This document shows positions 43,267 through 51,298 of a stretch of DNA of 64,000 bases, one piece after another (position 1 is the stretch's first letter; each line of letters begins with the position of its first letter). The stretch covers positions 2,484,335-2,548,334 of the forward strand of contig CBDAVM010000001.1 in the NCBI GenBank assembly GCA_965200895.1. Reading direction: 5' to 3'. A program made the position numbers and the translations under genes. The stretch is from Vicinamibacterales bacterium. Its GTDB lineage: Bacteria; Acidobacteriota; Vicinamibacteria; Vicinamibacterales; UBA8438. The notes beneath the pieces are model-generated. The model made no database searches and was not told the DNA's origin. It worked only from the letters and a program-made list of their open reading frames with translations.

Positions 43267-45735
43267 GTGGCGGGAATCGAACGCTGGTTCCTTCGCATTG
43301 CATTGGGCGTGAGCGCTGTTGCGTGGCTCGCGCTCGTGCTGGCCGAGTTCGGCCGCTTTCGGATCGAACTGCTGCTGGCGCTGCTGCTGACGGTCGCGAT
43401 CGGTCTGGCGCTGCTCGCGTACGCCTTCTTCGCACCGCCGCCGCCGGCAACGCGCGCCCGAAGCGGCGCGCTGCCGCCGATCCTGGAATTCGGGGCGCTG
43501 CTGCTGCTGGCGGCCTGGCTGTTCCTGCCGCCCTACGAGGCGGTCGTCGCGGGGGGCGACGCGACCGTCTACCTGAACTTCGGCCGACGGATCGCCTCCA
43601 CCGGCACCCTCGAGTTCGAGGACGGACTGGTCAGCCGACTGCCCGCCGACATCAGAGCCGAGTTGTTCGAGAACCGCAGGCCGTCGGATGCGACCGGCCG
43701 CTACGCCCGGTTCCCGGGCGGCTTCCGGATCCCGGATATCGTCGATCCGACCGTCACGGCCGGCTTTTCGCCCTTGTTCCCGGTGCTGGCGGCGTTGTTT
43801 CACGAAGTCGCGTCGTTGCGCGGATCGCTGTTCGTGGCGCCGTTGTTCGCGACCTTGAGCATCGGCAGTCTGTTTCTCGTTGCCGCGCACATCGGCGGGC
43901 GCCGGGCCGGCTGGCTGACCGCGGCGCTGACCCTCGCTGCGCTGCCGCAACTCTGGTTCGCCAGGCTTCCCGTGCCCGAAATGGTGGCGCAGTATTTCGT
44001 GCTGACTGGCCTGCTGGCCTGGCTGGTCGCGAGGCGAGACGACGCGCGGCGCTGGGCGGTCGCCGCCGGTTGGTTGTTCGGCGTGGCCTGCTTCGCGAAG
44101 GTCGATCTGATCGTGCTGCTGTCGATCTCCCTGCTGGCGTTCAGCGCGTGGCGGCTGCTCGCCCGTCCCGACCGCGGCACGCGCGGGGTCGGCTGCCTGC
44201 TGGTCTCGTTCGGGCTGCTCCTGATCCACAACGGTGCGCACTATCTTGCCTTTGACTCCCACTATCGGCCCTACATCGAGTATCTGATCCGGACGTCCTA
44301 CCTGGGCGCCCTGTGGCGGCAGGCGGGGCCGACGGCGACCCTGGCGGCGGCGGCAGCCGGGCTCTTCGCGGCGGGACTCGTGTGGGTCGCCTGCAGGTGC
44401 TCGCCGTGGACGCGCCGCCGCGCCTGCGGGGCGGTGCTGGCCGGCATCGTCTCCGCCTACGCCGTCAACTACGCGGCGATCACCAACGCGCGGTTCGATG
44501 AGACGGTCGTCTGGCTGAGCTGGTACGTCTCCTGGCCCGTGCTGATCCTGGCGGCGCTCGGACTCGCAGGGCGGTTCGGCGCCGGTCTTGCTGGTCGTGG
44601 GGGCGGCGACCACGGGAGCGGGCTGGCGTTCGTCCTCCTCACGGTCGTCGGCCTGCACTACCTGTACGATCCGCTGGAACCGGGCGTGCACGTCTGGTCG
44701 ATGCGCCGCTTCACGCCGGTCGTGCTCCCGCTGCTGATGCTGGTCGTGTCGACAGCCGTCGCCGCGCTGGTGGGCCGCATCGCTCTCGGCTACCGGCGCA
44801 TCGTTGCGGTGGGCGTCGCCGCCGCGCTGGTGGGCCTGGTGGTCAGACCGAGCCTGGCGGTCGTGGGGAAGCCGCTGTGGGACGGCGCGCTTGCCCAGAC
44901 CGACGTCGTCGCAGGCCTGTTTCCCGCCCGCGCCGTCGTGCTGATGAGCCCGGGTCTGGCCGGCACGCACGTGCCGACGTCGCTGGCCTATCTGCACGAT
45001 CTCGACACCGTGCTGGTCCAGGGCAGCCCGGGCGGCGGCCGGCGATCCTCGTCGATCGCGAGGGCGGTCCACTTCTGGCTGGCGCGCGGGCGACCGGTCT
45101 TCTTCGTCTTCAGTGATCGGGACTTCTTTTCCTTCTTCGCACCGGAATTCTCGCTCACCGGGATCGGTCGCGCGCACATCGACCTGCTCATGCTGGAGCA
45201 GACGCGCACCAGAGCGCCGCAGGACGCCGTCCGGCCGCCGATCAGGTTGCGTGTGTTCCAGGTGCGGCGGACAGACACTGTCCCGGTGGCGGTCGACGTC
45301 GGAGATCCCGCCGCCGACGTGTTCTTCGGCCTGGAGGGCTTCCATGCGGCTGAACGCGATGGATGGGGGGACGGGACATTCCGTTGGAGCAGCGAGCGCG
45401 CCTCGTTCACGATTCCCGCGGGCGTGCATGCCGCCCTCACCGTGGCGGGGGGCAGACCGGCCGGCGCGCCGCCGGCGGCGCTGCGCGTCTGGATGGGTGA
45501 CGAACTGGTGGTGGAGCGCCGGGTGCTGGGCGATGAACCGCAGGTGATCGTCCTCGGTGCGCCGGCTGCGTCGGGGTCGACCAGGCTGACGATCGAATCG
45601 ACCACGTTCCAGCCCCGGGCGCTCGGCATCTCGGCCGACGCGCGCATACTGGGCGTGAAGTTGTACCGCGTGACCCTCGATGCGCGGGCGTTGCCCGAGC
45701 TTCAGGCGCCTCGGGGCGGTCGCGGCGCGCCGTGA
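43267..45735 (+). CDS. Large polytopic membrane protein, GT-C (ArnT/PMT family-39-like) glycosyltransferase candidate with a C-terminal soluble domain
   Basis: GTG start, 822 aa, at least 12 hydrophobic helices in the first ~530 aa. First-loop acidic motif GGDATVYLNFGRRIASTG resembles the DExxY loop of GT-C enzymes. The last ~250 aa are hydrophilic. Confidence 0.45.
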   Translation: MAGIERWFLRIALGVSAVAWLALVLAEFGRFRIELLLALLLTVAIGLALLAYAFFAPPPPATRARSGALPPILEFGALLLLAAWLFLPPYEAVVAGGDATVYLNFGRRIASTGTLEFEDGLVSRLPADIRAELFENRRPSDATGRYARFPGGFRIPDIVDPTVTAGFSPLFPVLAALFHEVASLRGSLFVAPLFATLSIGSLFLVAAHIGGRRAGWLTAALTLAALPQLWFARLPVPEMVAQYFVLTGLLAWLVARRDDARRWAVAAGWLFGVACFAKVDLIVLLSISLLAFSAWRLLARPDRGTRGVGCLLVSFGLLLIHNGAHYLAFDSHYRPYIEYLIRTSYLGALWRQAGPTATLAAAAAGLFAAGLVWVACRCSPWTRRRACGAVLAGIVSAYAVNYAAITNARFDETVVWLSWYVSWPVLILAALGLAGRFGAGLAGRGGGDHGSGLAFVLLTVVGLHYLYDPLEPGVHVWSMRRFTPVVLPLLMLVVSTAVAALVGRIALGYRRIVAVGVAAALVGLVVRPSLAVVGKPLWDGALAQTDVVAGLFPARAVVLMSPGLAGTHVPTSLAYLHDLDTVLVQGSPGGGRRSSSIARAVHFWLARGRPVFFVFSDRDFFSFFAPEFSLTGIGRAHIDLLMLEQTRTRAPQDAVRPPIRLRVFQVRRTDTVPVAVDVGDPAADVFFGLEGFHAAERDGWGDGTFRWSSERASFTIPAGVHAALTVAGGRPAGAPPAALRVWMGDELVVERRVLGDEPQVIVLGAPAASGSTRLTIESTTFQPRALGISADARILGVKLYRVTLDARALPELQAPRGGRGAP

Positions 45736-45845
45736 CAGGAGCGGTCAGTCGAGTCCGGCGCGTCGAGGTTCCGGCCGCGGCGGTGCTCCTGGCCGCGGTG
45801 CGCGGGTATCACGTTGCATGCCGCAACGGGGATTCGGTCGAGCCA

Positions 45846-46601
45846 ATGCCGTTACACACCGCCGACGCCCTGGTTCTCCGGACGTACAAGCTGGGTGAGG
45901 CGGATCGCATCGTCGTGTTCCTGACCGCTGATCGGGGCAAGCGCCGCGGTGTCGCGAAGGGGGCACGCCGGCCCCGCTCGCCGTTCTCGGGCGGCCTGGA
46001 GCCGTTGACGCGGGGACGTGTTGCCTACTTCGAACGGGAGCGGCGAGAACTGGTGCGGCTGCGCTACGTCGAGCCCATCTGCTCGCCGCTGGCCAGCGGC
46101 AGTGTCGAGGCCCTCGCCCACGCGGGGTACTTTGCCGAGCTGATCGACGAGTGGGCGCCGGAAGCCGATCCGAACGAGAAGCTGTTCCGTCTGGGGGCGG
46201 CGGTGGTCGAGGCGCTCGCCGCCGGGGCGCCGGTCGAGCGGCTCGCGCGCTACTTCGAGTTCTGGCTGTTGCGCCTGCAGGGCGTCTATCCGTCGCTTGC
46301 GGCGTGCAGCCGTTGCGGCGGCGCGCTGAGCACCGGCGCGCGATTGGTCGGCGGCGGAACGCTGGCCTGCCCGCGGTGCGATCGGGGCGGCGAGGGCGGC
46401 AGCCTGTCGGCCGCGGCAATGGTGTTTCTGGCGGCGGCGCGGCGGATTGCTCCTGGCGCTCTGGGGGACGTCGAACTGCCTGCGCCCGCCGAGCGCGAGC
46501 TGGCCCGGGCGCACCGCCGGTTGATCGCGACCCACCTGGAAAAGGAGCTGAAGTCGGTGCGTGTAGTGCGGTCTCTGACAAGCACCCCGCGCGGCGATTG
46601 A
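45846..46601 (+). CDS. recO: DNA repair protein RecO
   Basis: MPLHTADALVLRTYKLGEADRIVVFLT (OB-fold N-terminus). Zinc-finger CSRCGG...CPRC. About 251 aa. The upstream part of the 289-aa ORF is excluded. Confidence 0.85.
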   Translation: MPLHTADALVLRTYKLGEADRIVVFLTADRGKRRGVAKGARRPRSPFSGGLEPLTRGRVAYFERERRELVRLRYVEPICSPLASGSVEALAHAGYFAELIDEWAPEADPNEKLFRLGAAVVEALAAGAPVERLARYFEFWLLRLQGVYPSLAACSRCGGALSTGARLVGGGTLACPRCDRGGEGGSLSAAAMVFLAAARRIAPGALGDVELPAPAERELARAHRRLIATHLEKELKSVRVVRSLTSTPRGD

Positions 46602-46641
46602 GTTTGAACCAGGGGCAATACGCGTGTCCGGCGCCGGACAG

Positions 46642-48597
46642 CTACTCCGGCAGCGCCATGGCGACCAGCTCGCTTCCCATGTCGTCCCAGCCGACGGTGG
46701 CGATGATGTACTGCCGGCCGTCGACCAGGTAGGTCATCGGGGCGCCGGTGGTGCCGCCCGGCAGCTCGATCTCCCAGACCACCTCGCCGGTCGCCTTGTC
46801 GTAGGCGCGGAACATCTTGCCGCCGGGGCCGTTCCACCACTGCGGCAGCGTCGCCACGCCGGTGTTGCCGCCCTCGCCGAGGAAGACGAGCGCCTTGGTC
46901 ACCAGCACCGACGCGCGCCCGCCCTGCCCGAGCCACGGCAGGTCGAGGTCGCGCAGCGCCGGGTGGTCCCGCGGCCCCTCGCCGTTGGGGACCTGCCAGG
47001 CGATGTCGCCGGCGTTCAGGTCGATGGCGGTGAGGCGGCCGTAGGGCGGCTTGAACATCGAGAGGCCCCGTGGACCGACGAGCGGCGTGTAGCGCTCGCG
47101 CACCAGCCGCACGTCGGCGCGCGGGTGCTGCGACGGGGTCAGCGCGACCACGTTGTGGCTGTAGGCCGACGGCACGTAGAGCATGCCGGTCTCGGGATCG
47201 AACCCGGCCCCGCTCCAGCTCGCGCCGCCGGCGGTGCCGGGGCTGAAGATGGTCCCCTGCTTTGCGCCGGCAGCCGGGTCGAGCACGATCGGGGCGGTGA
47301 ACATCGGTCCCCAGACGTAGCGGTCCAGGATCTCGATCGCCTCCTGCCGCAGCGCGGGGGTGAAGTCGATCAGGTCGTCGATGGTCACGCCCTGCAGCTC
47401 GAACGGCGGCGGCTTCGTCGGGAAGGGCTGCGTGGGGGAGAGCTGCTCGCCCGGTACGTCGGACCCCGGGACCGGCCGCTCCTCGATCGGCCAGACCGGA
47501 TCGCCGGTGGCGCGGTCGAAGACGTAGACGAACGCCTGCTTGCTGGGCTGCGCGACCGCCTTGATGGGCCGGCCGTCGACGGTGATGTCCACCAGCACCG
47601 CCGACGAGGCGAAGTCGTAGTCCCAGACCCCGTGGTGGATGGCCTGGAAGTGCCAGATGCGCTCGCCGGTGCGCGCGTCGACGCAGACCAGGCTTTCGGC
47701 GAACAGGTTGTCGCCGGGCCGGTGCCCGCCGTAGTAGTCGTTGGTCGGCGTCGACAGCGGCAGGTAGACGTAGCCCAGCTCCGGGTCGCCGGTCGGGTGC
47801 GCCCACATGTTCGTGTTGCCGCTGTACTCCCACGATACGCGGTCGTCCACCGGATCGACGCCCCAGGTCTCGACCCCGAACTCGTTCTCCAGGGGGATGG
47901 TGTGGAACGTCCAGAGATGCTCGCCGGTCCGCACGTCGAAACCGCGCACGTCGCCGCGCGGCGACTCCTTGTTGGCGACCCGCTGGTTGGTGGTGATGTC
48001 CTCGACATAGGAGCCGATGACCACCACGTCGTTGACGATGACCGGGGCCGAGTTCCAGTAGAAGTCCGGGAACGGGCGGAGGAGTCCCAGCCGCAGGTCC
48101 ACCTCGCCCGATTCACCGAAGTCGGCGTCGCGCTCGCCGGTGCGCGCGTCCAGCGAGACGAGCTTCGGCCCCAGCGTGGCGATGACCCGCGCCTCGTCGC
48201 CGTCGGTCCACCAGGCGAGGCCGCGCGTCTGGCGCACCCGCACGCCGTCGCCGGGTCCCGCGTTCCAGAGCACTTCGCCGGTGGTCGGCTCCAGCGCCGC
48301 GATCGTGCCCAGGCCGGTGCTGAAGTAGAGCATCCCGCCCGCCATCAGGGGCGTGGTCTGCGAGCCGACCGGCCCGCGGGTCGTCTCGCCGCCGCGGATG
48401 GCGTCGGGGATGACCGGCTGCCGCCAGACGATCTCCACGTCGCCGACGGTCTCGGCGTTGATCTGGTCGAGCGCGGAGTACTTCGTGCCCGCCTGGTCGG
48501 CCGCGTAGGAGGGCCACTCCACTGTCTGGCCGGCCGCCGGCGCGGGCGCCGCCGCCGACAGCGCCAGGGCGCATGCCGCGGCGACCCGGCGTGTCAT
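46642..48597 (-). CDS. PQQ-dependent dehydrogenase (quinoprotein beta-propeller), secreted
   Basis: Signal MTRRVAAACALALSAAAPAPAAGQ. WPSYAADQAGTKYSALDQIN. Repeated propeller W-motifs (GEVLWN, GERIWHF, GDPVWP, GEVVWE). Confidence 0.8.
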   Translation of the reverse strand: MTRRVAAACALALSAAAPAPAAGQTVEWPSYAADQAGTKYSALDQINAETVGDVEIVWRQPVIPDAIRGGETTRGPVGSQTTPLMAGGMLYFSTGLGTIAALEPTTGEVLWNAGPGDGVRVRQTRGLAWWTDGDEARVIATLGPKLVSLDARTGERDADFGESGEVDLRLGLLRPFPDFYWNSAPVIVNDVVVIGSYVEDITTNQRVANKESPRGDVRGFDVRTGEHLWTFHTIPLENEFGVETWGVDPVDDRVSWEYSGNTNMWAHPTGDPELGYVYLPLSTPTNDYYGGHRPGDNLFAESLVCVDARTGERIWHFQAIHHGVWDYDFASSAVLVDITVDGRPIKAVAQPSKQAFVYVFDRATGDPVWPIEERPVPGSDVPGEQLSPTQPFPTKPPPFELQGVTIDDLIDFTPALRQEAIEILDRYVWGPMFTAPIVLDPAAGAKQGTIFSPGTAGGASWSGAGFDPETGMLYVPSAYSHNVVALTPSQHPRADVRLVRERYTPLVGPRGLSMFKPPYGRLTAIDLNAGDIAWQVPNGEGPRDHPALRDLDLPWLGQGGRASVLVTKALVFLGEGGNTGVATLPQWWNGPGGKMFRAYDKATGEVVWEIELPGGTTGAPMTYLVDGRQYIIATVGWDDMGSELVAMALPE

Positions 48598-48790
48598 CGG
48601 GCCGCGCGTCCGATCCCGTACCGCCGACGCGTCCCGGGCATGCCGACCTCGGACTCGGTGCGCTGCACGCCGCATCTCGACCTCCTGTTCCAGTAGAGGC
48701 AGTGTACCGCACCACGCACGCCACGAGGGTCGCGCCCGTGCTCACGTGCGCAGCAGACCGTCCAGCGCGCCGATGAGGTCACGGCCGCGG

Positions 48791-49102
48791 TCACCGCCGC
48801 GGGCGGTAATGAGCATGAGCGCCCGTCGGGCGAGTGTCAGGTCCGACTCTCGGTCGGGGCCAGGAGACCGGTCGTCCGGCGCCGTCGCCATGTTCCGCTC
48901 CCGGACGTTCCTGGAGCCATTCCTGCAACTGGTGGTCGATATCCGCGTCGCTGGCTTCCGGCTGGCGGCGGCGCAGATTCTGATGTTGCAGCCGCACCCC
49001 GGTCTCGAACAGATCGAGCGTTGCACGGAACGCGTCGACGGCGCCGGGTGTTCCTCCGGGCGCGGTCGCGATGGTGCACGGGGGCGACGACCGGCGGCTC
49101 AC
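48791..49102 (-). CDS. Small hypothetical protein
   Basis: GTG start 18 nt after the upstream stop. The core AVDAFRATLDLFETGVRLQHQNLRRRQPEASDADIDHQLQEWLQERPGAEHGD looks protein-like. The C-terminal third is low complexity, so the extent is uncertain. Confidence 0.35.
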   Translation of the reverse strand: MSRRSSPPCTIATAPGGTPGAVDAFRATLDLFETGVRLQHQNLRRRQPEASDADIDHQLQEWLQERPGAEHGDGAGRPVSWPRPRVGPDTRPTGAHAHYRPRR

Positions 49103-49120
49103 GGCGGTGCGCGCCAGCGG

Positions 49121-49501
49121 TCAGTGTTTCGTAGGGTCGTCGCCACTGCGGTTGCGGGCGGCCTCGAGCGCGGCGATGCGCGTGCCGAAGCCGTCGCGCA
49201 CGAGCGCGTCCACGGACTGCCGCAGGTCCCGCACGTCCCCGCGGACGATGGTCGTCTCACCTCGAGTGCGATCCTCGGCGGCGGTGATCTCCTCTCGGAG
49301 CCGTCCTTCAGCGGCGGTAATCTCCTCTCGGAGCCGTCCTTTAGCGGCGGTGATCTCCTCTCGAAGCTTCCCTTCGACGGCGGTGATCCGTCGTTCGATG
49401 GCTGCGAGATCCTCGCGTCGCTCTCGCCGCTCCCACCGCTGACCCATGATGACGGCGACGAATACCGCCACCAATCCCGCCAGCGTCAGTCCTTCGATCA
49501 T
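49121..49501 (-). CDS. Membrane-anchored coiled-coil protein with 11-residue tandem repeats
   Basis: MIEGLTLAGLVAVFVAVIMG TM helix, then EGKLREEITAAKGRLREEITAAEGRLREEITAAEDR. The upstream 19 codons of the ORF are excluded. Confidence 0.6.
   Translation of the reverse strand: MIEGLTLAGLVAVFVAVIMGQRWERRERREDLAAIERRITAVEGKLREEITAAKGRLREEITAAEGRLREEITAAEDRTRGETTIVRGDVRDLRQSVDALVRDGFGTRIAALEAARNRSGDDPTKH
49278..49400 (-). repeat. About 3.7 copies of a 33-bp in-frame tandem repeat inside 49121..49501
   Basis: Units at 49278..49310, 49311..49343 and 49344..49376, plus a partial fourth (gcggcggtgatctcctctcggagccgtccttca and variants). Confidence 0.85.
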
Positions 49502-49792
49502 GGTGCTCCGCCACCGCTCGCAGACAGATGCCTCGGTGAGACGTTCGTCATTGTACACGCCGACGCCCCGAACGCCGCGCTGGCTCGGCGTTCGACCCCG
49601 GCTCCATGACCTTGCGCCTCAGTATTTCGCCCCGAGCAAGGACGAACCACGTGGTCCGACAGCGATGGCGCGGCAGCGGGTTGGTGACGGCGCGCTCCAG
49701 CCGGCCCAGCGGGGACGTGGCCCGACAGCGACGGGTGCACGCGTGCAATGGCGGCCCGGGGGCGATGATCACCCCCGGCCGCCGTCGAGCGA

Positions 49793-51166
49793 CTACGACA
49801 GGCCGGACAGCTCCCGGAGCGTCCCGGTGCTGTCCCCGAAGCGCTCCACGCGGACGCCGAGCCGGTGCAGCATGGTGAGCTGCAGGTTGGTCATCGGGTT
49901 CCTGTCCGCCGGGTAGACGATGTGCCGGTCGCCCCGGATGCCGCCGCCGTCGTGGCCCACGAGCAGCAGCGGGATGTTGTTGTACTGGTGCGCGTCGCCG
50001 TCCCGGATCGGCGCGCCGTAGAGCAGCATCACGTTGTCGATCAGCGAGCCGTCGCCGTCGGGCGTGCCGGCCAGCTTCGAGACGAACTCGCTGAAGAGCT
50101 GCACGTGGTACTCGTTGATCTTCTTGACCTTCTCGATCTTCTCGCGGTCCCCGCGGTGGTGCGTCAACGGGTGGTGCGGGTCGGCGACGCCGATCTGCGG
50201 ATAGGTCGTGCCGCTCTGCTCGCGGCCGATCATGTAGGTGAAGACGCGCGTCGTGTCGGTCTGCCAGGCCAGCACGAGCAGGTCGTACATCAGCCGCGCG
50301 TGGTCCTCGAACGAGACCGGGATGCCGGCGGGCGACTCCAGCAGCGGCAGCTCGCGGTCAGCCTGCCGTTCTGCGATCTGGATGCGCCGTTCGATCTCGC
50401 GGACGGCGTCGAGGTAGTTGTCCAGCTTGCGCTGGTCCTCGCCGGCCAGGCCGCCCTGCAGCGCCGCCACCTTGTCCATAACCGCGTCGAGGATGCTGCG
50501 CTGCTGTTGCGCGCGGGTGCGCCGGATGCCGGCGTCGGTGCTGCCGGCGTCGCCGAACAGCCGCTCGAAGACCATGCGCGGGTTCGTCTCGCGCGGCATC
50601 GGCGTCGTCTCGTCGTGCCACGAGATGTTGAGGTAGGCGCAACTGTAGCCGGTGTCGCAGGTGCTGACGCCGTTGAACGTGTCGGCGCCCTCCAGCGAGA
50701 GCTCCAGCGACGGCAGGCGGGTCTCGCGTCCCAGCACCCGGGCGGCGAACTGGTCCATCGAGGTGCCCAGATCGAGCTCCGACCCCTGCGTCTGCTCGGC
50801 GTGCAGGCCGGTCAGGAACGCCGCGGCGGGCCGCGAGTGCGACCCGAGCGCCTCGCCCGGGCGGGCGAAGGCGGCGCGGTTGTCGAGGTTGGTCAGGACG
50901 GTCATGTGCTCGCGCACCGGCTCCATCGACCGCAGCAGGCGCGGCAGCTCGAAGCCGGGCGTCTCGGTGGTCGGCGTCCAGTCCCCCTCCTGGGTGATGA
51001 TGCCGTTGGGGACGTAGACCACGCCGAGCCGTTTGGTCGGATTCGCCGCGGTCTTCGCCAGCGCCGTCAACGCCGGCACCATGCTGTCCAGCAGCGGCAG
51101 CGCCAGCGCCGCGCCCGCCCCCCGCAGCACCGTGCGGCGCGGGATGGCCTTCCTGGTGATGATCAT
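49793..51166 (-). CDS. DUF1552 domain protein (Tat-signal; partner of DUF1592-type proteins)
   Basis: MIITRKAIPRRTVLRGAGAALALPLLDSM. 457 aa. The characteristic pairing with the upstream DUF1592-type gene is present. Confidence 0.8.
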   Translation of the reverse strand: MIITRKAIPRRTVLRGAGAALALPLLDSMVPALTALAKTAANPTKRLGVVYVPNGIITQEGDWTPTTETPGFELPRLLRSMEPVREHMTVLTNLDNRAAFARPGEALGSHSRPAAAFLTGLHAEQTQGSELDLGTSMDQFAARVLGRETRLPSLELSLEGADTFNGVSTCDTGYSCAYLNISWHDETTPMPRETNPRMVFERLFGDAGSTDAGIRRTRAQQQRSILDAVMDKVAALQGGLAGEDQRKLDNYLDAVREIERRIQIAERQADRELPLLESPAGIPVSFEDHARLMYDLLVLAWQTDTTRVFTYMIGREQSGTTYPQIGVADPHHPLTHHRGDREKIEKVKKINEYHVQLFSEFVSKLAGTPDGDGSLIDNVMLLYGAPIRDGDAHQYNNIPLLLVGHDGGGIRGDRHIVYPADRNPMTNLQLTMLHRLGVRVERFGDSTGTLRELSGLS

Positions 51167-51298
51167 GATCCCACCCTCCTCAACTGAAACGGCGTGCTCT
51201 CGAACGACTCCACGACCAGGGCGGGCCGGCGGACGCTCATGATCCCACCCTCCGCAACCGGAACGGCGCGCTCTCGACGACCCCCATGATCAGGGCGG
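51163..51298 (-). repeat. Direct duplication (period 74 nt) of the DUF1592 3' end / DUF1552 start junction
   Basis: Copy 1 (51163..51224) is tcatgatcccaccctcctcaactgaaacggcgtgctctcgaacgactccacgaccagggcgg. Copy 2 (51237..51298) is tcatgatcccaccctccgcaaccggaacggcgcgctctcgacgacccccatgatcagggcgg. Confidence 0.8.

Noticed and set aside
46625-46640. The palindrome TGTCCGGCGCCGGACA between recO and the PQQ dehydrogenase as a bidirectional terminator.
   Set aside because: The stem is short with essentially no loop and no U-tract on either side. This is too weak to call.
49278-49400. 33-bp tandem repeats as a possible mini-CRISPR array.
   Set aside because: The units are contiguous with no spacers, in frame, and encode an 11-residue coiled-coil repeat inside a plausible gene. 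No cas genes are present.
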